Assembly (NCBI GenBank): GCA_964608835.1
Contig: CAZSPN010000008.1
Coordinates: 3,176 to 67,175 of the forward strand
DNA from: an uncultured Gallionella sp.
Lineage (GTDB): Bacteria > Pseudomonadota > Gammaproteobacteria > Burkholderiales > Gallionellaceae
Reading direction: 5' to 3'
DNA length: 64,000 nucleotides
The number at the start of each line of letters is the position of its first letter. The first letter of the stretch is position 1. The position numbers were made by a program, and so were the translations under genes. Of this stretch, positions 46,887 through 56,524 are shown one piece after another. The notes under the pieces are model-generated. The model was not told the origin of the DNA, ran no database searches, and was given only the letters and a program-made list of their open reading frames with translations.

Positions 46887-47863
46887 TAATTCGTAATTTC
46901 AGGAGCAGCTAAGCAAAAGTCTACGTAAGCCAATGCTATGCCCTCGTGCAAAGCAATGGTAGGCTTCCAGCCCAGCGTGCGAATTCTCGAAACATCCATC
47001 ACCTTACGCATCGTGCCGTCCGGCTTGGAAGTGTCCTGAACAAATTTGCCTTGATAACCTACCACCTCGGCAATGGTCTCCGCCAATGCCCGTATGGTCA
47101 AATCTTCGCCCTTCCCCACGTTGATGAGCGGGCATTGCACGGGGGTCACCAGCGCGTCATAACGTGGTGCATCCAATGTGGCGAGGAACACCAAAGCACT
47201 CGCCAAGTCATCCACGTAGAGGAACTCGCGTTTCGGTGTGCCGCTGCCCCACAGCACCACTTCGCTCGCATTAACCGCTTTTGCTTCGTGCATTTTGCGT
47301 ATCAATGCGGGCAGGACATGCGAGTTATTCAAATCATAGTTGTCGCCGGGCCCGTATAAATTGGTCGGCATCGCGGCCAGCCACTTGGTGCCGTATTGAC
47401 GGTTGTATGACCAGCACATTTCAATGCCGGCAATTTTTGCCAGCGCGTAGGGACGGTTGGTGGCTTCCAGCTGACCCGTGAGAAGATATTCTTCTTTGAT
47501 GGGCTGCGGACAATCACGCGGATAGATGCAGGAGCTGCCCAAAAAAATCAGGCGATTTACTTTGCTCGTATGGGCTGCACGGCAGATGTTGGCTTCGATG
47601 AGCAAGTTGCTCATCAAAAAATCCACCGGCAAGGTGTTGTTGGCGTGGATACCGCCCACTTTGGCTGCGGCGAGAAATACAATTTCAGGGCGTTCTTGAT
47701 TAAAGAATTGCTGCGTTGCAGCGGCATCTTCCAAGTCCAATTCGGCATGAGTACGCGTAACCAAATTGGTGTAACCCTGCCGTTGCAGCTCACGGACAAT
47801 GGCACTTCCCGCCAAGCCGCGATGCCCCGCCACATAAATTTTTGCACTTTTATCCATTGCCAT
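46883..47863 (-). CDS. fcl: GDP-L-fucose synthase (GDP-4-keto-6-deoxy-D-mannose 3,5-epimerase/4-reductase)
   Basis: 326 aa. IYVAGHRGLAGSAIVREL, YALAKIAG (YxxxK); directly abuts gmd. Confidence 0.9.
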   Translation of the reverse strand: MAMDKSAKIYVAGHRGLAGSAIVRELQRQGYTNLVTRTHAELDLEDAAATQQFFNQERPEIVFLAAAKVGGIHANNTLPVDFLMSNLLIEANICRAAHTSKVNRLIFLGSSCIYPRDCPQPIKEEYLLTGQLEATNRPYALAKIAGIEMCWSYNRQYGTKWLAAMPTNLYGPGDNYDLNNSHVLPALIRKMHEAKAVNASEVVLWGSGTPKREFLYVDDLASALVFLATLDAPRYDALVTPVQCPLINVGKGEDLTIRALAETIAEVVGYQGKFVQDTSKPDGTMRKVMDVSRIRTLGWKPTIALHEGIALAYVDFCLAAPEITNY

Positions 47864-48958
47864 TTACTCGTTGTAATCGTAAGCGGCAAAGCCATGCTGC
47901 TTGACCAACTCATCACGCTTGGCACTTTTGAGGTCCTCACGCACCATCTCCGCGACCAATTCGTGGAAGGTGATCTTGGGTGTCCAACCGAGCTTTTGTT
48001 TGGCTTTGCTGGGGTCACCCAACAAGGTTTCGACTTCGGTAGGACGGAAGTAACGGGCATCCACTTGCACGATACATTTGCCGGTAGCGTTGTCGTAGCC
48101 CTTTTCATATACTCCTTTACCTTCCCAACGCACGTCAATGTCGAGTTCTTTGGCGGCAATGCTGACGAATTCGCGCACGCTGTATTGCACACCGGTGGCA
48201 ATCACAAAGTCCTCGGCCTGCTCTTGTTGCAACATCAGCCATTGCATCTCAACGTAGTCTTTGGCATGCCCCCAGTCACGCAGGGAGTCCATATTGCCCA
48301 GATACAAACGCTCTTGCAGACCCAGCTTGATACGCGCCAAGGCACGGGTGATCTTGCGCGTGACGAAAGTTTCGCCGCGTATCGGTGATTCGTGGTTGAA
48401 CAGGATGCCGTTGCAGGCATAGATGCCGTAAGCCTCGCGGTAATTTACCGTGATCCAGTAACCATACAATTTGGCAACCGCATACGGGCTGCGCGGGTAG
48501 AACGGGGTGGTTTCTTTTTGCGGGACTTCTTGCACCAGACCATACAACTCGGAAGTGGAGGCTTGATAGAAACGCGTTTTCTTTTCCAAGCCGAGGATGC
48601 GGATCGCCTCAAGGATGCGCAAGGTACCAATACCGTCGGCATTGGCAGTGTATTCCGGCGTTTCAAACGAAACCGCGACATGGCTCATCGCGGCGAGGTT
48701 ATAAATTTCGTCCGGCTGCACCTGCTGAATAATGCGGATCAAATTGGTGGAATCGGTCAGGTCACCGTAATGCAAAACGAAGTTAGCCTGTTTGACGTGC
48801 GGGTCTTGATACAGATGGTCAATACGGTCGGTGTTGAACAAGGATGAACGGCGTTTTACGCCATGGACGATGTAGCCCTTCTTCAGCAGAAACTCCGCAA
48901 GGTATGCGCCGTCTTGACCCGTGATGCCCGTGATTAGTGCTACTTTTTGTGTACTCAT
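47864..48958 (-). CDS. gmd: GDP-mannose 4,6-dehydratase
   Basis: 364 aa. [33 protein letters not shown] and YAVAKLY motifs. Confidence 0.93.
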   Translation of the reverse strand: MSTQKVALITGITGQDGAYLAEFLLKKGYIVHGVKRRSSLFNTDRIDHLYQDPHVKQANFVLHYGDLTDSTNLIRIIQQVQPDEIYNLAAMSHVAVSFETPEYTANADGIGTLRILEAIRILGLEKKTRFYQASTSELYGLVQEVPQKETTPFYPRSPYAVAKLYGYWITVNYREAYGIYACNGILFNHESPIRGETFVTRKITRALARIKLGLQERLYLGNMDSLRDWGHAKDYVEMQWLMLQQEQAEDFVIATGVQYSVREFVSIAAKELDIDVRWEGKGVYEKGYDNATGKCIVQVDARYFRPTEVETLLGDPSKAKQKLGWTPKITFHELVAEMVREDLKSAKRDELVKQHGFAAYDYNE

Positions 48959-49115
48959 TATTACCTCAAATTGCAGTTAAATTTACCCATATTCCAGCAA
49001 GCAATTGAAAAAAGAACAAGGCGGCAAGTTAATTTTTGTGCGGGTAGTACAGTTGAGTACAGCGAGCAAAAATTAATGCAACCGACGTAGTTATCATTTC
49101 TATTGCGAACTGGAA

Positions 49116-50531
49116 TCAGCCTCGGCCGTAATTGTCTTCATATCGTTGAATATCATCTTCGCCCAAATATGTGCCCACCTGAATTTCAACAATATGCAGT
49201 GGCTCATTACCCAAATTTTCCAGGCGATGTTTTGTGCCAATAGGAATGTAAGTGCTTTCGTTTTTTCTTACCGTAAACACCTCCTCGCCATTGGTCACGG
49301 TTGCCGTGCCCGATACCACCACCCAGTGTTCGGAGCGTTGCCGATGGCTTTGCAAACTCAATCGCGCGCCCGGCGCAACTTCAATGCGTTTAATTTTGAA
49401 GCCATCCTGATCTTCTTCCAACACGGTGTAACTTCCCCACGGGCGATTAACCTTGGCGTGGAATATATGCTCGGTTGCGCCCCGCGCGGTAAGTTCATCT
49501 ACCACCTCCCGCACCCGCTGGGTCTGGTCGCTCTTCGCCACCAATACGGCATCAGCGGTTTCGATCACGCATATATCTTCAATGCCGATAGCCGCAACCA
49601 AGCGCTTTTCAGCACGGATCAGACTGTTTTTGCAATCCACTGCCACCACATTACCTTGCAGGGCATTACCATTTTTGTCCTGTGCGGAAATCTCATGCAC
49701 TGCCTGCCAACTTCCCACATCGTTCCAGCCAATTTCGCAGGGAATCAGCGAGACACGGCTGGATTTTTCCAGTACGCCGTAGTCAATCGAAATAGAAGGC
49801 ATGGCAGCGAAATGTTTTTCTACTGCCTGCTGAAATGACCCTGCTGCACGGCTTTCAGCAATAATGGTTTGCACCACGCTATATACCGTCGGCAAATACT
49901 GTTGAATTTCGGCAAGTATCGCGGAAGCGCGCCACACAAACATGCCGGAGTTCCAATAGTAGTTGCCTTCCTGCAAAAACTTCTCAGCCGTTTTTTCATC
50001 GGGCTTTTCGGTGAACCGATCCACCGCATAAACATCAGATGAAACATTGTCGCGATGTGCTTTGATGTAACCAAAGCCTGTATCGGGACGGTTGGGCTGT
50101 ATGCCAAAGGTAATCAGCTTGCCACTTTCCGCCGCTGCAATCGCAACATTCAAGTGTTCACGGAATTGCACTTCGTCTTTGATGATGTGGTCGGCAGGCA
50201 ACACGACCATTACCGGGTCATTACCGTCATCCATCAGGTACGCCGCCGCCAATGCAATCGCGGGGGCGGTATTGCGGCCTATCGGCTCAAACAAAGTTTG
50301 ATAAGGTAGCAGGGCGTGGTAGGCCTCGCCTTTGGCATGGGCTTCCTGGGTAACAATGAGTACATTTTTGTTATCAATGACTGGTGACAAACGGTTGATG
50401 GTGGTTTGCAACAAGGTCGCATCACCATCCAATGCCAAAAATTGCTTGGGCAAATTTTGCCGCGACAGCGGCCACAACCGACTACCGCTGCCGCCAGCAA
50501 GAATGACAGCGTTGACTTGACGATTACTCAC
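49116..50531 (-). CDS. manC: Mannose-1-phosphate guanylyltransferase / mannose-6-phosphate isomerase (type II PMI-GMP)
   Basis: 471 aa. AVILAGGSGSRLWPLSR nucleotidyltransferase motif. C-terminal cupin (RPWGSYTVL...LSLQSHRQRSEHWVVVSGTA). Confidence 0.9.
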   Translation of the reverse strand: MSNRQVNAVILAGGSGSRLWPLSRQNLPKQFLALDGDATLLQTTINRLSPVIDNKNVLIVTQEAHAKGEAYHALLPYQTLFEPIGRNTAPAIALAAAYLMDDGNDPVMVVLPADHIIKDEVQFREHLNVAIAAAESGKLITFGIQPNRPDTGFGYIKAHRDNVSSDVYAVDRFTEKPDEKTAEKFLQEGNYYWNSGMFVWRASAILAEIQQYLPTVYSVVQTIIAESRAAGSFQQAVEKHFAAMPSISIDYGVLEKSSRVSLIPCEIGWNDVGSWQAVHEISAQDKNGNALQGNVVAVDCKNSLIRAEKRLVAAIGIEDICVIETADAVLVAKSDQTQRVREVVDELTARGATEHIFHAKVNRPWGSYTVLEEDQDGFKIKRIEVAPGARLSLQSHRQRSEHWVVVSGTATVTNGEEVFTVRKNESTYIPIGTKHRLENLGNEPLHIVEIQVGTYLGEDDIQRYEDNYGRG

Positions 50532-50584
50532 GCATTTTCTCCAGCAATCCTATTTGTTTGGCTTCACGCTAACGCTTAATGAGA

Positions 50585-51277
50585 CTAATTTTCAAAATTT
50601 CCTGCAATGCGCAAACGATCTTCCTTGCTCATCGCTGCCAACATTTCTTTAACAAAATTATCTTGGATGCGATAAGCCTCTTTGTCATCAGCATTGATTG
50701 ATGAAACGCGCACCAGCATTCCATCCGGGACTTTCCCAGTTAATCCGTAGCGCAATTGCGCTATTTTTTGCTGCATTCCTTTCAAGGCAACCGCTTTATC
50801 ACCCACCGTAATCCAGTAGGTAATCGGCTCATTGCGATTCCCCTGGGTTGCGAATAAACGTTTGATTGGCAATGCACCAAATGCAGTGGAAAGCATATCC
50901 AACCTGTCTCTTTCCACTTGAAAACCCTGCGCCGTGTAGCAAATTTCCGGACGATGAACTTGCAATCCATCGCTCTGATTTCCACCGTAGGCTATCGATA
51001 ACATAATGCGGGTTCCGTGCTTATCAAGGTATGCCCTAGATAAGGTTTGCGCGTATAGCTCAGCGAGTAAGACTTTTCTTTCCGGACTGATAATTTGTTC
51101 CAAAACCACCGGATCCAAATGCCACTCACCAAACTGACTCGGAATCATTTTTTCAAGGTTAACGGCCGGCATGGAGTCCGCAAGTTTTTTTGTTGGCTTC
51201 AAATAGGTTGCCGATGCGGATGCAAAGATCATCAATAAGCCGACAAACAAAGCCTGCTTGTTTGCCCCCATTATCAT
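50585..51277 (-). CDS. epsI: EpsI-family protein (exosortase accessory)
   Basis: 230 aa with a single N-terminal TM/signal segment. Overlaps the exosortase gene stop by 4 nt, the standard XrtB-EpsI arrangement. Confidence 0.8.
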   Translation of the reverse strand: MIMGANKQALFVGLLMIFASASATYLKPTKKLADSMPAVNLEKMIPSQFGEWHLDPVVLEQIISPERKVLLAELYAQTLSRAYLDKHGTRIMLSIAYGGNQSDGLQVHRPEICYTAQGFQVERDRLDMLSTAFGALPIKRLFATQGNRNEPITYWITVGDKAVALKGMQQKIAQLRYGLTGKVPDGMLVRVSSINADDKEAYRIQDNFVKEMLAAMSKEDRLRIAGNFEN

Positions 51278-52146
51278 TTGCTTTTCACCTGTTGAGGCGA
51301 GAGAACAAAATGGCTCGCCCCATCCAGAACAAGAAACGCGCTGAGTGCGACCATGAAAAGTACTATCCCCGCCATGTTGTGAGCAAAGCCTTGACCCACT
51401 TCATCTCCGAAATAATAGGTGATCAACACCAAAATAATGACGCGCAGTACGTTTGCAAAAAAGGCGATTGGAATAATGCTGGCCAATAGAATGGTGTTGT
51501 GCACCCAGCTCGAACGTCCCACAAAATACGCATAAAACATTCCCAATGCACTCAGGCTAAACATAGAGTTCAACCCCGAACAGGCATCTGCCACCAGCAG
51601 TTGGTATTGACCTATCGAGAGCATGACCCCGCTTCTGGCGACCGGATAATCGAACCAGTACAAAATATTTTCGGCCAGAATGGAAACCTGTTGTTTGAGG
51701 GAACCGGTCAGGGTATCAATCACAAAACCCGGTAACGGTATCAGGAATACGAGGAACAACAATGGAAACCAAAAATGCTTTGCAACACTTGAACCAAAAA
51801 CCAACAACATGACACCCAGGAGTAATGGTATCTGTGCACCCACTTCAAAAAGATATATTTCCTGCGAACGTCCAACGATGTATAGAATCAGACCGATGAT
51901 CAGCAAGATCAGGCCGCTGATGGGATTTTTTTTCTGCCCATCGTCACGGAGTTTTAATCTTCCTTGCCAAATTAACCACAGCACAACAGCAAGCACAATT
52001 GGACCATGCGCATACTCTTCACTTGTCCATAAAGTGAACGCGATAGACTTGTAGGTGGGAACAATCAGCAGCAGCAGCCCAAACAAAGCAGGCCACCAAG
52101 ATACCCACAGTGAATCCGCCGATTTGAGCTTTAAGATATTCAACAT
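51274..52146 (-). CDS. xrtB: Exosortase (short, XrtB-like; EpsH)
   Basis: 290 aa, ~8 TM segments. Conserved exosortase residues in context: LLVADACSGLNSMF (Cys), FFANVLRVI (Arg), GFAHNMAG (His). The XrtB subtype is inferred from the separate epsI plus the epsA/epsL/epsD-G neighbours. Confidence 0.85.
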   Translation of the reverse strand: MLNILKLKSADSLWVSWWPALFGLLLLIVPTYKSIAFTLWTSEEYAHGPIVLAVVLWLIWQGRLKLRDDGQKKNPISGLILLIIGLILYIVGRSQEIYLFEVGAQIPLLLGVMLLVFGSSVAKHFWFPLLFLVFLIPLPGFVIDTLTGSLKQQVSILAENILYWFDYPVARSGVMLSIGQYQLLVADACSGLNSMFSLSALGMFYAYFVGRSSWVHNTILLASIIPIAFFANVLRVIILVLITYYFGDEVGQGFAHNMAGIVLFMVALSAFLVLDGASHFVLSPQQVKSK

Positions 52147-52167
52147 CGCACGATTCGCAACAGCAGG

Positions 52168-53067
52168 TCAAAACTCACTCAAGACAGTGCCTATCACTTC
52201 CGCGCCAGACAGTGTCAAGCTTTCCACCTGTTGGCGTACTAGCTCAATCGACGAAAAATTTTTGCGCACCGCTACTATTGCCGCCCCTGCCCGTGCGGAA
52301 ATCATCTGGGCATCCGCAAAATCAACGGCGGGCGGTGTGTCCATCAAAATGACATCGAATGATTCACTCAGGCTGCTCAGGAATTCTGTAAATACAGGCC
52401 GCCCCAATAACTCTTGTGGGTTGGGCGGGGTCGCACCGGCAGTCAGCACAGAGAGATCAACAAATTTATTGATCCGCTGTATTGCCTGAAAATTGCCTCT
52501 ACCCGAAAGTATCGTCGATAAACCTTGCGAATTTTCCAACTTGAAAAGCTCGTGCTGACTGGGGTTGCGCAAATCTGCGTCAATCAGCAAAGTACGCTCG
52601 CCCAACTGGGAAAAAACAACGGCCAGATTGGCGGCAAGAAAGCTGCGACCTTCACCCCGATCCGGGCTGACAATAGCCAACGTTTTACTGTCGGCATAGC
52701 CGGTAAATCTTCTTAACATCAACTGATTGCGCAAGGTACGCAAAGCCTCGGCTTGCTGGCAATAGGGGTCATAAGCCGCGACCATGGCCTTGGATACCGT
52801 TTCATCACCAGGCAACAAATATGGGTAGTCGTACTGGTTTGATAGTGCATATTGCACATCCTGCCGGGTTAGCAAGCCCAATTCAATTCCGGCATCACCA
52901 AACAGGATTTGCTCGGCTTTCTGTAATTTTAATATCTGCTCGACATTTTTGATGGACAGCTTACCCGTATCAACCAATATCGCACCCAATGATTTGTTCG
53001 GCGGTAATTTTTCAGATTGCATTAGCATGTGTTTGTCAGCCACGTTTGAGTCAATAATTTTCATCAT
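52168..53067 (-). CDS. epsG: EpsG-type chain-length-determinant P-loop ATPase (BY-kinase-like)
   Basis: 299 aa. N-terminal GspE-N-like repeat (LGAILVDTGKLSIKNVEQILKLQ). Walker A reads SPDRGEGRS, with Arg where Lys is canonical (CGC at 52647-52645). Walker A' is LLIDADLR and Walker B is DVILMDTPP. No Tyr cluster at the C-terminus (...GTVLSEF). Confidence 0.8.
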   Translation of the reverse strand: MMKIIDSNVADKHMLMQSEKLPPNKSLGAILVDTGKLSIKNVEQILKLQKAEQILFGDAGIELGLLTRQDVQYALSNQYDYPYLLPGDETVSKAMVAAYDPYCQQAEALRTLRNQLMLRRFTGYADSKTLAIVSPDRGEGRSFLAANLAVVFSQLGERTLLIDADLRNPSQHELFKLENSQGLSTILSGRGNFQAIQRINKFVDLSVLTAGATPPNPQELLGRPVFTEFLSSLSESFDVILMDTPPAVDFADAQMISARAGAAIVAVRKNFSSIELVRQQVESLTLSGAEVIGTVLSEF

Positions 53068-53078
53068 GTCCAGTGCGA

Positions 53079-54506
53079 CTATGCTGTAGCCAAAGTTTTT
53101 TTGAGCTTTAATTTCAGCATCAGGATATCGATCATCTTTATCAGCCTAATTTTTATGCCGGAAGGTTTTTGCTTCCTAGCAAACTCGACCAAAACAGGCA
53201 AACTTGTCGCCGCAATTAAAGCTTCCATCGTTCTGATTCTGGGATTAAGCATTTCCGCGACAAATATCGCTCCCACGCCCAGCAGTGTTCCACCAAATAC
53301 CGCCAACAACAGATTCATATAAATTTTTGGGGAAGAGCGATCCGTTGGTTCTGTTGCCGGAGTTAGTACTGAAATGTTGGTTTGATTGGACTGGCTTTTC
53401 AAATTGCTCTCGGTGTAACGCTGCACCAACACGTCATAGGCCTTTTGAGCCGATTCCACATCATTCTCAAGCACTGCAATCTGGTCACGCTGACCGCTAT
53501 CTTGAATTGCTTTTCTCTTATGTGTCTCAATGGTTGCCTTCAATGCCGAACCCTTTTGCACACTCACGCGATTAGCAGTGTTGATACTGCTCAAAATTTG
53601 TTGCGTCTCGTCATTTAATTTTTGTTTTAAGGTGGTGATTTGACCTTCCATCGCCTGATACTGGGGATGGTTTTTTCCCAAATTACGACTGAGTTCTTGC
53701 AGCTTTACTTCAAGCCTGATGATTTCTATTTTGAGGTTCTGAATGGTTGAATTTTGCATCACATCCACCAACGTATCCCCGGCGGACTGCCGCTTACTCT
53801 GAATCTCGGCCAATTGGGTTTCATTCAAAACCAACTGCCCGGACAGTTCTGCAATCTTGGAATTTTCCACGCTCTGCATTCTGCTACCGACAGAAACCAT
53901 ACCGGAATTTTTTTGGAAGGCGGCGAGGCGTGCTTGAGTTTGCTCCAACTCGGCACGCAATTCCTTAGCTCTCAATTGAAACCACTGCGCATACTGCTTG
54001 GCTGGCTCAACCTTTAACTCCAGATTGGTGTTGATATAAGCCTGCGCAAAAGCATTGGCTATCAATGCGGCAAAAGCAGGATCTTCCGCCGTAAATGAAA
54101 TGTTAATGACATCGCTTTCACGCGAGGGTTTAACCTCAAGCTTCTGGGCAAGTAATTTACCCAACCACACGACCAATTGTCCTTTCCCATCCGTAGCTGA
54201 GCGCCACTGCTCTCTAATTTGCGGATTCTCATCTAGCTTTAGCAACTTCACGACACTTTGTGCAACACGGTCACTGGTAATAATTTCGTTCTGTGTTGCC
54301 ATGTAACTGGACATAGCCATCCCACCCATGGATAAACCCACCAATGGATCAGGCGACCTGACATCCAGCAACACTGAAGTTGAAGCGACGTATTTATTCG
54401 GCAAAAGGAGATTAACCAGCAGCACCAAAGCGACTGTTACTATTAATACAAAAAGTGCGATTTTGTAGCGCGCCAGAAGGATGTTGAGAAACTGCGTAAA
54501 GTTCAT
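53079..54506 (-). CDS. epsF: EpsF-type chain-length determinant (Wzz/PCP family)
   Basis: 475 aa. N-terminal TM (ALFVLIVTVALVLLVNLLL), long coiled-coil periplasmic region, C-terminal TM (LLLAVFGGTLLGVGAIFVAEML). Confidence 0.85.
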   Translation of the reverse strand: MNFTQFLNILLARYKIALFVLIVTVALVLLVNLLLPNKYVASTSVLLDVRSPDPLVGLSMGGMAMSSYMATQNEIITSDRVAQSVVKLLKLDENPQIREQWRSATDGKGQLVVWLGKLLAQKLEVKPSRESDVINISFTAEDPAFAALIANAFAQAYINTNLELKVEPAKQYAQWFQLRAKELRAELEQTQARLAAFQKNSGMVSVGSRMQSVENSKIAELSGQLVLNETQLAEIQSKRQSAGDTLVDVMQNSTIQNLKIEIIRLEVKLQELSRNLGKNHPQYQAMEGQITTLKQKLNDETQQILSSINTANRVSVQKGSALKATIETHKRKAIQDSGQRDQIAVLENDVESAQKAYDVLVQRYTESNLKSQSNQTNISVLTPATEPTDRSSPKIYMNLLLAVFGGTLLGVGAIFVAEMLNPRIRTMEALIAATSLPVLVEFARKQKPSGIKIRLIKMIDILMLKLKLKKTLATA

Positions 54507-54529
54507 TTGAGTACCTTCAATTTTTTCGA

Positions 54530-55336
54530 CTAAAACAGGCTCTCACGAACATAAAGGACATCATCCATTTTTACCGCGTCAGTTAGTGCAAGGGATATTT
54601 CTTCCGACTTTCCATCCGCACTACGCCGAAATATTTTGATGTCTTTCTGCGTCCCTCGCAGAGTTGGCCCGCCACTTTGCGCCAATGCCTGCATCAAAGT
54701 CATACTGCGTTCTAACCGGTAAGAGCCTGGTCGCTGAACTTCGCCATAGATGTAAAACATCGGGGTGCGATGCACATAGATAACATCCCCTCCCTCGACC
54801 AAAATATCGTCTTCGCGCTTGTCATCCAAAAACAAACCGACAAGATCAATTTCTTTGCGGATATTTTTTCCATTGCGCACACCGACTAAAATGATGCTAT
54901 CCGAACCCTGCCCTGCAATCCCTCCCGCAATCGCCAACATATCTGAAACATGGGTGTTATATACTTCAAGAGGGAATCGACCGGGTCTGTTCACTTGCCC
55001 CAAAACTGAAACTTGGCTGCCTCTAATTTGTGCCAACACAATGTTGACCTGCGGCTGCTGAACGAATCCACCTTCCTTCAACAGGGTGGCAATTTTTTTC
55101 TCGGCGGTTGTTATCGTCAACCCACCCAGCTCCACATTGCCAATCAACGGATATGAAACAACACCACTCTCGGAAATGCGTGCCTCTGTTGTAAAGTCCG
55201 GGTTCTGAAAAACTACGATACGCACAATGTCACCCGCCCCCAGGCGGTAATCATTGCTCTCGGCTGCGTGGGCAGTTACTCCGCACATCACTAGCAGCCA
55301 CAGCAATAGCTGCCGCACAATTCCTTTGCAAATCAT
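54530..55336 (-). CDS. epsE: Polysaccharide export protein (Wza-like periplasmic/OM component), EpsE type
   Basis: 268 aa with a signal peptide. YRLGAGDIVRIVVFQNPDF (Poly_export motif) plus an SLBB-like C-terminal half. Confidence 0.85.
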   Translation of the reverse strand: MICKGIVRQLLLWLLVMCGVTAHAAESNDYRLGAGDIVRIVVFQNPDFTTEARISESGVVSYPLIGNVELGGLTITTAEKKIATLLKEGGFVQQPQVNIVLAQIRGSQVSVLGQVNRPGRFPLEVYNTHVSDMLAIAGGIAGQGSDSIILVGVRNGKNIRKEIDLVGLFLDDKREDDILVEGGDVIYVHRTPMFYIYGEVQRPGSYRLERSMTLMQALAQSGGPTLRGTQKDIKIFRRSADGKSEEISLALTDAVKMDDVLYVRESLF

Positions 55337-55406
55337 GAAAATCCTCGAAAGTATTTTTTTAAACCATCCGAAAAATTTGACGTAAAAAATCCGCTCACTT
55401 TTCTCA

Positions 55407-56372
55407 TCACTTCAGACTGGAAATGGCCTTTGCCACATCGGGAGCTGTTGCTGACTCCTGTTTTTTTTCAGATTCACTAGCAGCAATAACCGGCTTGGCA
55501 TCTGCTACGGGCTCCGCACCCGGCACAAACTCTCCAAAGTATTCAATTTTGGCAATTTTCTTGAGTGAGCTTAATTCTTTGGCGATTTCCTCTTTTACCC
55601 GAGTGTTGCCGAGATATTGCTGGATAGAAGCTGATACGGTTTTTTCGTCAACGGGCGCGGCTTGTGAAGCAACAACTTGTAGTATCGCCAAAGCAGCGGG
55701 ACCCTCAATCAAAGTCATCTCACCATTTTTTAACCCGCCAATTTTGGATAAGATTTCAAAAGGTGTTTCTTCGGCAGAATGGGTACTGGCGTTGCCATTA
55801 AACGGGATACTTTTATTCTTCAACCCACTCGCAATGGCTTCCAATGACGCGCCTTTGGCAATTTGGTCACGCAAGCTGGCAGCTAGCCCAGGCTGGGCAG
55901 CAATGTTAAGCTCACGCAAATTAAAGATGCGTCTTTGTGCAAATAATTCAGGATGGGAGGCATAGTACTTACTGATTTCCTCCGGTGTTACTTTTGCCGC
56001 AGAAGCACGGATTTTATCCAAGTAGGCACTCGCCAATATGTTTCGCTTGGCCTCCTCAATCGCTTGCATCACCGCTGGATCCCTGTCCAACTTTGTACTG
56101 ATTGCCTGCCGCATAGCGAGTTGCTGATCAATTAAATTATCAAGCACCTCGTGCTTTACTTGTGTTGCGGTTTTGCCGGGGATTTCCTGCATTTTGGCAA
56201 ATACGTTATTCACTTGACCGATGGTAATCTCATCCTTGTCAACCTTAGCCGCCACTTGAGTCGCCGATTTTTTGGATTCGCCACAGCCTGACAATAACGG
56301 AACAATTGCCAACGCCGCCATACACAACAATCGTGAGCGACAGTAAATTTGTGCGGTATTTGACGTACTCAT
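55407..56372 (-). CDS. epsD: EpsD-family lipoprotein (SurA-N/PPIase-like chaperone)
   Basis: 321 aa. Lipobox PLLSGCG. SurA-like helical N-domain (VAKVDKDEITIGQVN...LDNLIDQQL). Its position between epsL and epsE is as in XrtB loci. Confidence 0.7.
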   Translation of the reverse strand: MSTSNTAQIYCRSRLLCMAALAIVPLLSGCGESKKSATQVAAKVDKDEITIGQVNNVFAKMQEIPGKTATQVKHEVLDNLIDQQLAMRQAISTKLDRDPAVMQAIEEAKRNILASAYLDKIRASAAKVTPEEISKYYASHPELFAQRRIFNLRELNIAAQPGLAASLRDQIAKGASLEAIASGLKNKSIPFNGNASTHSAEETPFEILSKIGGLKNGEMTLIEGPAALAILQVVASQAAPVDEKTVSASIQQYLGNTRVKEEIAKELSSLKKIAKIEYFGEFVPGAEPVADAKPVIAASESEKKQESATAPDVAKAISSLK

Positions 56373-56524
56373 ATAAACCTTTTGCTCCTTAGTTTTAATG
56401 AAAGCTGGATGCTTTATGGATTTGAATTGTAGATAGTCAAGATTACAGAATGATGACTGCTTACTTTGCTGTCATGGAGCCAAAACACGTGCTGTTGAGT
56501 GGAAGTGAATTAACCGCGAAGCGA

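Noticed and set aside
49020-49076. ops/JUMPstart-like strings (GGCGGCAAG at 49020-49028, GCGGGTAG inside) and a 10-bp AT-rich inverted repeat (49029-49038 / 49067-49076) between manC and gmd.
   Set aside because: The ops element is GGCGGTAG on the transcribed sense strand. These near-matches are imperfect and lie on the wrong (+) strand for minus-strand genes. The inverted repeat is AU-rich with a 28-nt loop and would be weak.
47570-49838. Large antisense ORFs (272 aa at 47570..48388; 230 aa at 49146..49838; 151 aa at 48392..48847).
   Set aside because: They are opposite gmd, fcl and manC, whose identities are unambiguous. Long shadow ORFs are expected in such genes.
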